DNA of 64,000 bases from positions 1,024,001 through 1,088,000 of the forward strand of contig OY820579.1 of NCBI GenBank assembly GCA_963681965.1, in the 5' to 3' direction. The notes under the pieces are model-generated. The model saw nothing but the letters and a program-made list of their open reading frames with translations, had not been told where the DNA came from and searched no databases. Both the position numbers and the translations under genes were made by a program. Every line of letters begins with the position of its first letter. The stretch's first letter is position 1. Source of the stretch: a bacterium. Lineage in GTDB: Bacteria > Electryoneota > JAOADG01. This document shows, one piece after another, positions 8,377 through 18,308 of this stretch.

Positions 8377-10657
8377 GCGACACCTCCTCTTTCAGAATGG
8401 GTTGCGCTTGTTCGATCGTAATCGGCGATGAAAAATATCGTTTTCCTGTGGCGTGATAAATCGCATTGGCAATCGCTGGAGCCATCAGTTCATTTGCCGG
8501 TTCGCCAATTCCTTTTGCGCCCGAAGGCGAGAGGGGATCGTTATTTTCAATCACAATTGCCGTTATCTCGGGAACATCGGTAGCACGTGGAATGCGATAT
8601 GTATTATAATTCAACGTCGAAATTTTGCCATCCTTCATCTTCACCTGTTCGTGCAAACCGTAGCCGATACCCATCGCGACACCGCCATAGAATTGCCCCA
8701 AAAGAGAATCGGGTTTGATCGCGCGACCGATATCGTGTGCCGCAACGGCATTGAGCAGTTTCACTTTTCCAGTGCGACGGTTTACTGTTAATTCGACTGC
8801 CTGACAGCCGTAGACCCAAGTGAAGTAAGCGTTGCCCTGTCCGTTCTCCTCATTCCAACTGACGCGAGGCGCTTTGAACACACCCATGGCAAAGGGAAAT
8901 TCCTGTGCCTTTTGCATCGCAGAAATTGCGTTTTCAAATGATATCGATTCGTGCGACGTTGCGGAAATCAGTTGACCATTTTCGAAACGAATTGAGTCGG
9001 GGGTGCAATTCAGTTGCGTTGCAACGACGGTAGCGATTTTCTGTTTCAATTCGCGAGCGGCGTTTACGATCGCTCCGCCACCCATCAGCGTACCGCGCGA
9101 TGCTACGGTTGTTCCGCTGTCGGGAATGGTGGATGTGTTCGGACGGCGATAGCGAATCCGGTCGAGCGAGATCCCTAATTCAGTCGCAAGCAAAGTAACA
9201 AACACCGATTCGGCACCTTGACCATTTTCGTGAATACCGACTTCGAGAACGACCGAGCCGTCGAATTGTACATTGATGATCGCCGCACAGAAGTCAGTGC
9301 CTTCGGCGCCAAGACTCATTCCCCGATAACTCATCGCGAGTCCGATGCCATACAATTCGTCGGATTCTGATTCACCTAATGAGCATCGTTTGATTTTATT
9401 GTCGTAGTCGGATTGCTTTATAACCGCATCAAGCGCTTGTTCCAAGCTGACCGTGTGGGCATCGAGTTTCTGTCCGGTGACGGTTACGCTGTTTTGACGA
9501 ACCATGTTCAAACGGCGGAATTCGATTGGGTCGATATTGAGTTTCTCGGCGGCAATTTCAACCAATTGTTCGATCGCAAAGTTAATTTGCGGCGAGCCGA
9601 AACCGCGCATCGCCCCGGTAAAGACATTATTGGTATATACCCCGTACGTATCGCAGTGGACATGCTCCACCTCATACGGTCCGCAACACTGAACGGTAGA
9701 GCGCCACGTGACCCACGGTGTTACCGAACAATATGCGCCGCCATCGGCAACAATCCGGCATTGCACCGCTTTGATCTTTCCCGCTTCTGACAATCCCATT
9801 TTGTAGTGAATACGATAGGGGTGTCGTTTATAGCTTTCGCGGATCGACCAATCGCGGGCATAGGTCATTTTCACCGGCTTACCGCAAAGCTTTGCTGCTA
9901 ATGCCGCACGGGCGCAGACCACTGCAGCAGTATCGTCTTTACCACCGAAGCCGCCACCCATCACTGTTCCAATTACTTCGACATCGGCTAATTGGACGCC
10001 TAATGTCGACGCGACAAAACGGCGGGTACTGAACGGATGCTGCATACTGCCATAGACTTCAATCACACCATCTGTGCGCGGAACGCAAACAGCTGATTCC
10101 GGTTCAAGATAGGCATGTTCGATCGTTTGAGTCTGGAAATCGCGCTCGATGATCAAGTCGGATTCGGAAAATCCCTCCGCAATATCGCCACGTCGAACAC
10201 GATGTTCGTTAATAATATTCGAGCAGGATTCTTCATGGACGAGTGGAGCGCCGGGAAGAAGCGCTTCTTCCGGATCGAATACTGCCGGGATATCTTCCGC
10301 TTCGATAGTAACTAATTTTGCCGCATCGATCGCTTGTTGCCGTGTGTTTGCAATAACAATCGCAATGACATCGCCGTGATACCGGATTTTCGTATCGGCA
10401 AGTATCCGGAGATCTTTGCGGATTTGCCCGAAATTGACACTGCCGGGGATGTCGGAAGCGGTCAAGACTTTAACCACTCCCGGTGCTTGTCGAGCAGTAC
10501 CGGTTTCGATGTGATGGATAATTGCATGCACGTGATCCGAGTAAACCGGCACGGCATGGAGCATTTCCGGAAACTTCAGATCGTCGGCATACTGCGCGCT
10601 TCCAGTCACTTTCGCGACGGCATCGTTGCGCCAACCGGGAGCGTTTAAATGTTGCAT
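8360..10657 (-). CDS. Xanthine dehydrogenase family molybdopterin-binding subunit (XdhD/CoxL-like, probably MCD type)
   Basis: AKVTG...YADD, EHAYLEPE, GGGFGGK, AMRGFGSPQ, GQG, ASRGT and AKGIGEP motifs. Confidence 0.92.
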   Translation of the reverse strand: MQHLNAPGWRNDAVAKVTGSAQYADDLKFPEMLHAVPVYSDHVHAIIHHIETGTARQAPGVVKVLTASDIPGSVNFGQIRKDLRILADTKIRYHGDVIAIVIANTRQQAIDAAKLVTIEAEDIPAVFDPEEALLPGAPLVHEESCSNIINEHRVRRGDIAEGFSESDLIIERDFQTQTIEHAYLEPESAVCVPRTDGVIEVYGSMQHPFSTRRFVASTLGVQLADVEVIGTVMGGGFGGKDDTAAVVCARAALAAKLCGKPVKMTYARDWSIRESYKRHPYRIHYKMGLSEAGKIKAVQCRIVADGGAYCSVTPWVTWRSTVQCCGPYEVEHVHCDTYGVYTNNVFTGAMRGFGSPQINFAIEQLVEIAAEKLNIDPIEFRRLNMVRQNSVTVTGQKLDAHTVSLEQALDAVIKQSDYDNKIKRCSLGESESDELYGIGLAMSYRGMSLGAEGTDFCAAIINVQFDGSVVLEVGIHENGQGAESVFVTLLATELGISLDRIRYRRPNTSTIPDSGTTVASRGTLMGGGAIVNAARELKQKIATVVATQLNCTPDSIRFENGQLISATSHESISFENAISAMQKAQEFPFAMGVFKAPRVSWNEENGQGNAYFTWVYGCQAVELTVNRRTGKVKLLNAVAAHDIGRAIKPDSLLGQFYGGVAMGIGYGLHEQVKMKDGKISTLNYNTYRIPRATDVPEITAIVIENNDPLSPSGAKGIGEPANELMAPAIANAIYHATGKRYFSSPITIEQAQPILKEEVSHVHAD

Positions 10658-11994
10658 AAAATTGCCCCTTCCGGTTCATTTTTTGTGAACTGAAAATTCT
10701 CAATAACCGGTGTTCCCTGAACAAATACATAGGGAAAATTGAGTGTTGACATGAATCCGGGATAAGTTTCATACACACTCATCAGCGACGAAACGACTTG
10801 TTTCCGTTCTCCGTGCAGATCGATCACTGTCAAATCGGCATCGCTTCCGATTGCGATTGTCCCTTTTTGCGGGTACAATTGCAGCACTCGCGCTGGATTC
10901 TCGGACAAATGTCGCGCCATTTTCGGTAGCGACGATTCTTCGGCACCGAATAGTACGTACGCCAAATGCGGAAGCGCTCCGATCCCGGCAATTCCCTTCG
11001 GAGTTTTTCGTACATCATCGGGAAAAGCGCTTTTTCCGACTTTCGAAAATGCGCAATGATCGGTGGCAAATAAATCGATCTGCCCCATGCCCGCGCGAGC
11101 AGCCATGTTACTTACGTTCCGTTTGGGTCGCAGTGGCGGCGAGCAGAGCCAGCGATACCCTTGATCGGAATCTTGCAACATCCGGTCATCGAGAAACAAA
11201 TAATGCGGTGCAGTCTCGCAAGTGATCCGGCAGGTTTCTTTCGCAGTCAATATCCGATCAACTGTACGAGCACAAGAGACGTGGACGATATGAACTGTAG
11301 CGTCATACTTCTCCGCCAATTCAATAATCGCTTCGACTGCGGCTAGCTCGACTACTTCCGGTCGTGTGTAAGCATGGGTAATTGGCTTCGACCAGTCCCA
11401 TTCTTGTAATGTCGAAATTGTCTGTAAAGAGGCTTCGTCTTCGCAATGAAACAGAAATGTGATCGGTTGGTTACGAAATCGTTCCATGATATTACCGATC
11501 GTTTCGTAATCGATATACAGTCCGGCTTCGCGATAGGTGGTATAAAATTTGAAGCTGCGAAATCCGGAATCGATCAGATGCTCACAGACGCTCATCGTCT
11601 CTTCGTCGAACCGTGTCGGTGTAAGATGCCAACCGATTGAGCAGTAGGAATGACGAACCGCTTTATCGATGGCAGATTGAATCGCAGAACTAATCGGCTG
11701 TTCGGGAGATTGAGTAATGAAACTCCAGAGTGTGGTAATACCGTTGCGGACGGCAACTTCCGATCCCGAAGCGTAACTATCGGCAAGTGGAATACCGCCA
11801 ATTACATCGTCAAGATGAACGTGAAGATCGATCATTCCGGGGAGAATATATTTACCGGTCAGATCGATTATCGGATCGGTGGTATCTATCGGCGTGGTTT
11901 CGATTGCTGCGATTTTTCCATCGGCGATAAGCAGATCCGATTGAATCAATCCAGAAGCGGTAACCAACGTTCCATTTTGCAACCACCGTTTCAT
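10645..11994 (-). CDS. Dihydropyrimidinase/hydantoinase (HyuA-like cyclic amidohydrolase)
   Basis: PGMIDLHVH, FKFY (carbamylated Lys), HCED, VHVS, CETAPHYL, CSPPLR and TDHC motifs. Confidence 0.85.
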   Translation of the reverse strand: MKRWLQNGTLVTASGLIQSDLLIADGKIAAIETTPIDTTDPIIDLTGKYILPGMIDLHVHLDDVIGGIPLADSYASGSEVAVRNGITTLWSFITQSPEQPISSAIQSAIDKAVRHSYCSIGWHLTPTRFDEETMSVCEHLIDSGFRSFKFYTTYREAGLYIDYETIGNIMERFRNQPITFLFHCEDEASLQTISTLQEWDWSKPITHAYTRPEVVELAAVEAIIELAEKYDATVHIVHVSCARTVDRILTAKETCRITCETAPHYLFLDDRMLQDSDQGYRWLCSPPLRPKRNVSNMAARAGMGQIDLFATDHCAFSKVGKSAFPDDVRKTPKGIAGIGALPHLAYVLFGAEESSLPKMARHLSENPARVLQLYPQKGTIAIGSDADLTVIDLHGERKQVVSSLMSVYETYPGFMSTLNFPYVFVQGTPVIENFQFTKNEPEGAILCNI

Positions 11995-13229
11995 GATCGT
12001 TCCAATCCCAATTTCTTCGCGACTTCGGAAAGTGAATCGGATGTCGGTTCAATCGGATCCGGCAACATTATCGATCGTTCGGCGGCTGGTATGTCTTTCA
12101 GACCATGTCCGGTTACAAGCAAGACAATTCGCTCGTGTCGATCAAGTAATTGTTGTTCACGACAGCGGTGTAATCCCGCTAAGCTGGCTGCTGCAGCCGG
12201 TTCGGCGAATATTCCTGAAGCACCGGCAAGCTGGTATTGCGCTGCCAGAATTTCTTGATCCGATACGATCACCGAGGATCCTTTCGATTCTTCGATCGCA
12301 CGTTTTGCTAGATGAGCATTGCTGGGAATCGAAACCGAAATCGAATCGGCAACGGTAGCAGGATGCGAAGCATCGGTATATTTCCCGGTCGAGAAATAAT
12401 GATGGATCGCATTGGATGATTCCGCCTGTACACAAATCAAGCGCGGTAGTTGATCCGAAAATCCTGCCGCTTTCCAGTCGCGAAATGCTTTATGCACACC
12501 AGCTAGAATCACACCATCACCGACCGGAATCAGAATTGCATCGGGAACAGATCCGCCTTGTTGCAAGATTTCGCAGCCGACAGTTTTCTTTCCTTCAATC
12601 GTCAATGGGTGATAGGCGGTATTTCGATTGATCCCGGGATATCGTTGGGTCCATTCCAGTGAGAGGCGGAAGGCATCGTCGTAAGTTCCCTTAACCCGAA
12701 CAACTTGAGCACCGCAGATCAACATCTGTACCAATTTCGCTTTGGGTGCATTTTCGGGTACGAAAATCAACGCTTGTTTTCCGGCAGCCGCGCAAACGGC
12801 TGCAAGCGCACTGGCGGCATTCCCGGTGGATGCAGTTACCACCGTCGATTCCTGTAAGCGGTTCGCTTCGGCGACTACCAGATAGGAAGCACGATCCTTC
12901 AGCGATCCACTGGGATTTTGTCCGTCGTTTTTGATCCAGAGTTGATCGAATCCCGTCACCTTGCATAATCTGGGTGATCGAAAGAATGGCGTATGTCCCA
13001 CCGGATAACTGGGCAAATATTCCGATTCGATTGGTAGCCATTGTTGCCAGTCCCGGCTGTGGGGATCGACTCGCCGGCGAAGTGCTTCCGGATCGAATTC
13101 TACTTCCAATACGCCACGAAGTGGAATTCCCGGGCGATAATTCTCTTCGCAATCGGGGCATAAATACCGTACTTCATCGCGCTTGAATTCGCGACCGCAT
13201 TCGGAACACTTGTAGTGAAATGGTATCAT
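11991..13229 (-). CDS. Threonine synthase-like PLP enzyme with N-terminal zinc ribbon
   Basis: N-terminal CxxC...CxxC, NPSGSLKDR (PLP Lys), ASTGNA, EGKKT, PVGDG and TGHGLKD motifs. Confidence 0.85.
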   Translation of the reverse strand: MIPFHYKCSECGREFKRDEVRYLCPDCEENYRPGIPLRGVLEVEFDPEALRRRVDPHSRDWQQWLPIESEYLPSYPVGHTPFFRSPRLCKVTGFDQLWIKNDGQNPSGSLKDRASYLVVAEANRLQESTVVTASTGNAASALAAVCAAAGKQALIFVPENAPKAKLVQMLICGAQVVRVKGTYDDAFRLSLEWTQRYPGINRNTAYHPLTIEGKKTVGCEILQQGGSVPDAILIPVGDGVILAGVHKAFRDWKAAGFSDQLPRLICVQAESSNAIHHYFSTGKYTDASHPATVADSISVSIPSNAHLAKRAIEESKGSSVIVSDQEILAAQYQLAGASGIFAEPAAAASLAGLHRCREQQLLDRHERIVLLVTGHGLKDIPAAERSIMLPDPIEPTSDSLSEVAKKLGLERS

Positions 13230-13235
13230 TTCGTT

Positions 13236-14435
13236 TTATCCGATGCCATTCAATCGTGCAACCAATGCCGCATAAAAAGCGGAACAAGCGCTCAGGTGAT
13301 CGACCGGACACGCTTCGTTGGGTGCATGGGCGAATACTTCGTTGCCTGGACCCATTCCGAGACAGGGAATTCCGTGCATACCGGCGATGGCGACACCATT
13401 AGTTGAAAATGTCCATTTATCGACTTTCGGTGGTTTCGATAAGGTTTGCTCATAAGCAAAAATGGCATCTTTCAAGTATGACGATGTTTCAGGCATTACC
13501 CACGTTGGATAATATTTTTCGGTAGGATAAATCTTACCGGTATAAGCCGGCTCTTCATACGTCAATACTTCGACTTCCGCATCGGGATAACCAGCTCGGG
13601 CTGCGGCATCTTTCACTTCAGCAACGGCGATATCTTTGGTCTCGCCGTAAGTGAGTCGTCGATCAAGCTGGATGCTCGCGGCATCGGGAACGGCACATTG
13701 CGATGGGGATGAAAAGAATACTTGCGTTACGGTTACCGAGCCTTTACCGAGGAATGGATCGTCGGCAAGACGTTGATGCAATTTCTCGATTTCGAGAGCG
13801 ATCTTGGAAATTTTGTAGATCGCGTTGTCGCCGCGTTCCGGTGCAGAACCGTGCGCGGAAAGACCTTTCACCTTAATCATAATCTCCATCCGACCGCGAT
13901 GACCGCGATAGAGATTAAGATTCGTCGGTTCCGTGATCACGACCAATTCCGGTCGGACGTTGTCTTCCTTGATCAGGTGTTGCCAGCAGAGACCGTCGCA
14001 ATCTTCTTCCATTACCGTGCCGGTGAACAGCAGCGTGAATTCACGATTCAAGCCGAGTTCGCGAATGATCTTCGCAGCATACACCATGCTTGCCATACCA
14101 CCTTTTTGATCGACGGTACCCCGACCCCATATCTGTCCATCTTCGATTTTCGGTTGAAAGGGATCGAAATTCCAGAGCGACATATCGCCGGGGTAAACCG
14201 TATCGATATGTGCATCGAATGCGATTATGCGTTTTCCATTACCAACGCGACCGATGATCGAGCCAAGGGCGTCGACGCGGACTTCATCGAATCCGACGGC
14301 GGTCATTTTCTTTGCAATGACATCGATCACCGCTTTTTCCTTACCCGAAAACGAAGGGGTACGGATCAAATCCATTAGAAATTCTGCTGTTTCCAGTTCG
14401 TATTGTTTTGCCAATTGATGAATTTTCTGATACAC
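13236..14435 (-). CDS. ygeY: YgeY family M20 hydrolase
   Basis: DAHIDTV, GRGTVDQKGG, EEDCDG, HRGRME, HGSAPERG, KWTFSTNG and AHAPNE motifs. Start placed at the GTG at 14435 after a GGAAAGGA RBS-like stretch. Confidence 0.92.
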   Translation of the reverse strand: MYQKIHQLAKQYELETAEFLMDLIRTPSFSGKEKAVIDVIAKKMTAVGFDEVRVDALGSIIGRVGNGKRIIAFDAHIDTVYPGDMSLWNFDPFQPKIEDGQIWGRGTVDQKGGMASMVYAAKIIRELGLNREFTLLFTGTVMEEDCDGLCWQHLIKEDNVRPELVVITEPTNLNLYRGHRGRMEIMIKVKGLSAHGSAPERGDNAIYKISKIALEIEKLHQRLADDPFLGKGSVTVTQVFFSSPSQCAVPDAASIQLDRRLTYGETKDIAVAEVKDAAARAGYPDAEVEVLTYEEPAYTGKIYPTEKYYPTWVMPETSSYLKDAIFAYEQTLSKPPKVDKWTFSTNGVAIAGMHGIPCLGMGPGNEVFAHAPNEACPVDHLSACSAFYAALVARLNGIG

Positions 14436-14459
14436 AGTGATTTTCCTTTCCAATTTCGC

Positions 14460-15806
14460 TTAAAAGCGTTCCCACAATCGACTTGCCGCTTCACTCGATT
14501 TCGCCGCGACCTCCACTTCGTCGATGGGGATAGTAATACGTTTGTCGTCCATCAGGATGCGACCATTGACAATCGTCGTATTCACTGGAGCATTTGCGAT
14601 GCCGAACACGAGATGCCCCATCAGTGTCTCATTTGTCAAAGGTGTCGGAGTACAATAGTCGACCAAAATGATGTCGGCAGGTGCTCCTTCGTGGATTGTA
14701 CCGATCGGCAGATCCCACAGTCGGGATGCGATTTTACGATTATTTTCGAACAGTGTTTTTACGACTTCGACAAATCCTACCGAGGGGTTGCGATGCGAAA
14801 GATGCTGCAACCACAATGCCGTTCGCAGCTCTTCCGGCATTCGCACGGTCATGGCGTCGCTTCCCAGCCCGACGATGATTCCGGCTTGAGATAAAGCGAT
14901 GATGTCGGCAGCGCCTACGGCATTGTTCATATTCGATTGCGGATTGTGAACAACGATCGTGTTGGTTTCCGCGAGCAATTCGCGTTCGCGATCATCGATG
15001 TGAACGCAGTGGGCGGCAATAGAATTGCTACCAAGAATACCGGCATGATACAAGCGTTCGATTACGCGTTGTTTGTTCGCCTGAAGCGATTGTTCCTGAT
15101 CGGCAAGGTCTTCGGCGACGTGTATATGAAAACCAGTGGCAAGCGAGTTACCGATGGCAGACGCTTCCGCCAGCGTTTCGTCACCGATCGTGAAAGATGC
15201 ATGAAGACCGAACAATCCCCGTAGATAAGGATTATTGGATTTCTGACAAGCAGCGATGAATTCGGCATTTTCAGAAAGTCCTTCGCGAGCGATCGTTTCA
15301 CCGTCGCGATCGGATACTTCGTAACAGAGACATCCGCGAATACCGAATTCTGTCAGTGCTTGCGCGATTTTATTCAGTGAGCCGGTTATGGCATGTGGAC
15401 TGGCATGATGATCGATAAATGTCGTGGTTCCGCTTCGAATCGCATCGAACAGAATCGCTGCGGTAGAATAGTACACGTCGTCGAGTGTGAGTGCCTTATC
15501 GAGTCGCCACCACAAATTATTTAATACTTCGAGAAAGTTCTTCGACGGGTTGGCTTTTCCAAAACCGCGCGCAAAGGTGCTATAAAAATGCATGTGTGCA
15601 TTGATGTAGCCTGGCATTACTAATTTATGTTTGGCATCGATAGTCCGATCGTATGTGCCGGTAAAACTTGCATCCGGTCCGATTCGACTCACGACACCGT
15701 TTTCGATCAGAAGCGAATGTCCTTCCAGTACCGACCAGTCGCCGCCAAGCGGTAGGATTGTTCCATTTCGAATTAATATCGATTGATTAAGATCATGTGA
15801 AGACAT
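14460..15806 (-). CDS. ssnA: Aminohydrolase SsnA
   Basis: NAHMHFYSTFARG, LWWRLD, DHHAS, CYEVSDRDG, GLHASFT, HIHVAE and HNPQSNMNNAVG motifs. Confidence 0.92.
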   Translation of the reverse strand: MSSHDLNQSILIRNGTILPLGGDWSVLEGHSLLIENGVVSRIGPDASFTGTYDRTIDAKHKLVMPGYINAHMHFYSTFARGFGKANPSKNFLEVLNNLWWRLDKALTLDDVYYSTAAILFDAIRSGTTTFIDHHASPHAITGSLNKIAQALTEFGIRGCLCYEVSDRDGETIAREGLSENAEFIAACQKSNNPYLRGLFGLHASFTIGDETLAEASAIGNSLATGFHIHVAEDLADQEQSLQANKQRVIERLYHAGILGSNSIAAHCVHIDDRERELLAETNTIVVHNPQSNMNNAVGAADIIALSQAGIIVGLGSDAMTVRMPEELRTALWLQHLSHRNPSVGFVEVVKTLFENNRKIASRLWDLPIGTIHEGAPADIILVDYCTPTPLTNETLMGHLVFGIANAPVNTTIVNGRILMDDKRITIPIDEVEVAAKSSEAASRLWERF

Positions 15807-18293
15807 TTAATTTTCCGATAACATTTCGTGTTCCTCAGGCGAACGATTGCGCATCGACAACGCACCGGAGAAACATTTTTGAACACAGAATGAGCAACCG
15901 ACACACCGGGATGGATCGGTAACCGGCGTTAATTTATCTGAAAGCATGATTGCCAGATAGGGACACCGAACGCAATTTCCACAGTGTTGACATAAATTCT
16001 CGTCGACGCTGGAAATTTTCTTTTGTGCCGGTATTTTCTCAAAGGATAAAATTGGATCGGGTAACGCCGAACCGATATACTCCGCCACCGATTTATAACC
16101 ATTTTCTTGAAGTAGATAGCTAAATCCGGAGTTCAACTCGTCGATAATTTCCACTCCGTACTTCATCGCTACCGAGCAGAATTGAACCGTCTTTGCACCC
16201 AATGCCAGAAAATGCGAAGCTGCCAAATAATCCATTGGACCGCCATTTCCCGAAATGGTCAATCCAATGTTCGATGCTTTTGCCAGTGTCAGGAAACTGA
16301 TTGGTGCAACACCGGCACCGGACATGCCGACGATATACCCAACGAATCCACCATTTTCCGAAGGTCGGAACGACAGCGCGGGAAAACTGTTCGCGAGCGT
16401 GACACCGGCTTTCTTGTGAGGATACTTAGCCAGCACTTCGCGGATCGCAATCAAGATCGGTTGGATCGCGGTTACTGCACCAGTCAGTTTAAATAATTTT
16501 GGTACTTCCGGATCGGAGATCGACATTACCCAATCGATAATTGTCGCAGTCAATTCCGCATCCTGCGAAACAATATCTCCCTTCGTACCGTCGCCACCTT
16601 GCGGACAAGAAAGCGAATATTCCACTGCCATCGCTCCGGCTGCTTCCAATTTGCGAGTATTGGATTGCCAGACTTTTTTATCGGACTCGTCATTGCCGGT
16701 AACGGGACCGCCAGTTGAACCGATCGTCAAGCGGTCGGGGAACAACTTAACCAGTTGTTCGATTTCCCGGCAGACCCGGTCGAGAGCATGTCCGGAAACA
16801 TTATCGCAATTTGCAAAGGTTTGCTTATCGAGCACGAACATATACTCACTGGGAATATGGATCGGTAAATTGTCGAATGCCGTTTTCATCACACCGCCAG
16901 CCCAACCGGCGCGATAGGCACGGATCATCTGATCCAATCCATCGGTCGGCGGTGCGGCTGAAAGCAGGAATGGCGAATTTATTTTCCGTCCGAAGAAATC
17001 AGTTTCCAGATTAACTGGAATTAGATTTTTGCCGAGAAGCTTCACGGTGCTCTTGATGTTTTTCTCGAGCTGAGGTTCCGGTAACGATTGGCAGAAAGCA
17101 TCGACGGCGATCGCAATATTTTTTCCGGAAGCCACTGCTTCAACTACAGTCGTCGGACCGTTGATTAAATCACCGGCATAATAGATTCCGGGATGTCCTT
17201 TCCGCTCGATCGCCGATTTAGCACCAATAGCGATAATGATTAGATCGGTTGTCAACGTTTGTTGAATGGCATTTTCCAGTGGCACGATTTTCCGAGGGTG
17301 AAATTTCTCCCCTTCCGGTAGATCGACGGGTTGAAGCATCACAGTTCGTCGATTGCCTGCTTCCCTTACTTCGGTAATTCGTGACCGACCGATAATTTCG
17401 ATTCCAGCTTCGTGAATCCACTTCCATTCGACATCAGTTAACGGCATTTCCGATAATTTTTCCAATGCGATCATTGTGACTTTGGTAGCACCGTTCCGGC
17501 TGGCAGTCACGGCGCAATCGGTAGCAATTGCACCACCACCGATCACAATCACATTTTTGTAACGAGTGGAATAGAATTCCGGATTTTCGAGGTATTGTTT
17601 CCAATCTGTCGTTAGATTTTCGCCCGGAATACCGAGTGTAAAGGGCACATTCAAACCGGTTGCGACGATTACCGCTTGGTAGCCCTGATCAAGAACTTCA
17701 ACAGGATCAGTAATCAACGAGTGGTACTTAATCTCGATATTGCCAAGTTCTGTAACAAGTTCGATATCGTCTTGGAGTACGAAATGATTCAATCGGAATT
17801 CCGGAATCAAGTTGCACATGCCGCCGGCTTTCGGTGCTTGCTCGAAAATGGTAATGGCATAGCCCAACTGCGCCAATACCGATGCAGCACCCAGACCAGC
17901 GGGACCGGCGCCGACAATCGCGATCCGCCGATTATTCGGAGTCGGTGTTGTAAATACCGGTGCGTGTTCCGATTCACGTGCCCGAGCAATAATTGCCGAT
18001 TGAATTGAGGGAATCTCAATTGGGCGATCGAAAATTCGTAATGCGCACGCTTTCATACAGTGATAATCGGGACAAACCGAACCGCAAATGCCACCAAGGG
18101 GATTACTGCCCAGAATGATCGACGATGCGCGCTGAAAGTCGGTATCTGCGCCAAGTTTTGCTGCCATGATAAAATCGGCAGGTGAACAATCCGCTGGACA
18201 GGCGGTTTTGCATGGTTTCTCTAAACAGAATTCGCACTTGGCGATCTCGCGTTTAAGTTGAGCATCAGTCAGAAATAACGGATATCTTTTCAT
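15807..18293 (-). CDS. Fused dihydropyrimidine dehydrogenase-like flavoenzyme (PreT-PreA order: FeS, FAD/NAD(P)H, FMN barrel, ferredoxin)
   Basis: CxxC...PCxxxCP and CGSVCP clusters, GAGPAG, GGGAIA, a DHODH-like barrel (SAAPPTD, VMKT, SLSCPQ, FKLT, GNGG) and a C-terminal 2x[4Fe-4S] domain. Start taken at the ATG at 18293. Confidence 0.85.
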   Translation of the reverse strand: MKRYPLFLTDAQLKREIAKCEFCLEKPCKTACPADCSPADFIMAAKLGADTDFQRASSIILGSNPLGGICGSVCPDYHCMKACALRIFDRPIEIPSIQSAIIARARESEHAPVFTTPTPNNRRIAIVGAGPAGLGAASVLAQLGYAITIFEQAPKAGGMCNLIPEFRLNHFVLQDDIELVTELGNIEIKYHSLITDPVEVLDQGYQAVIVATGLNVPFTLGIPGENLTTDWKQYLENPEFYSTRYKNVIVIGGGAIATDCAVTASRNGATKVTMIALEKLSEMPLTDVEWKWIHEAGIEIIGRSRITEVREAGNRRTVMLQPVDLPEGEKFHPRKIVPLENAIQQTLTTDLIIIAIGAKSAIERKGHPGIYYAGDLINGPTTVVEAVASGKNIAIAVDAFCQSLPEPQLEKNIKSTVKLLGKNLIPVNLETDFFGRKINSPFLLSAAPPTDGLDQMIRAYRAGWAGGVMKTAFDNLPIHIPSEYMFVLDKQTFANCDNVSGHALDRVCREIEQLVKLFPDRLTIGSTGGPVTGNDESDKKVWQSNTRKLEAAGAMAVEYSLSCPQGGDGTKGDIVSQDAELTATIIDWVMSISDPEVPKLFKLTGAVTAIQPILIAIREVLAKYPHKKAGVTLANSFPALSFRPSENGGFVGYIVGMSGAGVAPISFLTLAKASNIGLTISGNGGPMDYLAASHFLALGAKTVQFCSVAMKYGVEIIDELNSGFSYLLQENGYKSVAEYIGSALPDPILSFEKIPAQKKISSVDENLCQHCGNCVRCPYLAIMLSDKLTPVTDPSRCVGCSFCVQKCFSGALSMRNRSPEEHEMLSEN

Positions 18294-18308
18294 ACATTCC
18301 ACAAAATT

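Noticed and set aside
11991-13229. Assigning the symbol thrC
   Set aside because: The fold matches, but the purine-catabolic context suggests another function, so no symbol was given.
15807-18293. Calling this gene ygfK or gltD
   Set aside because: The domain order differs from YgfK, and it carries an additional FMN barrel absent from GltD.
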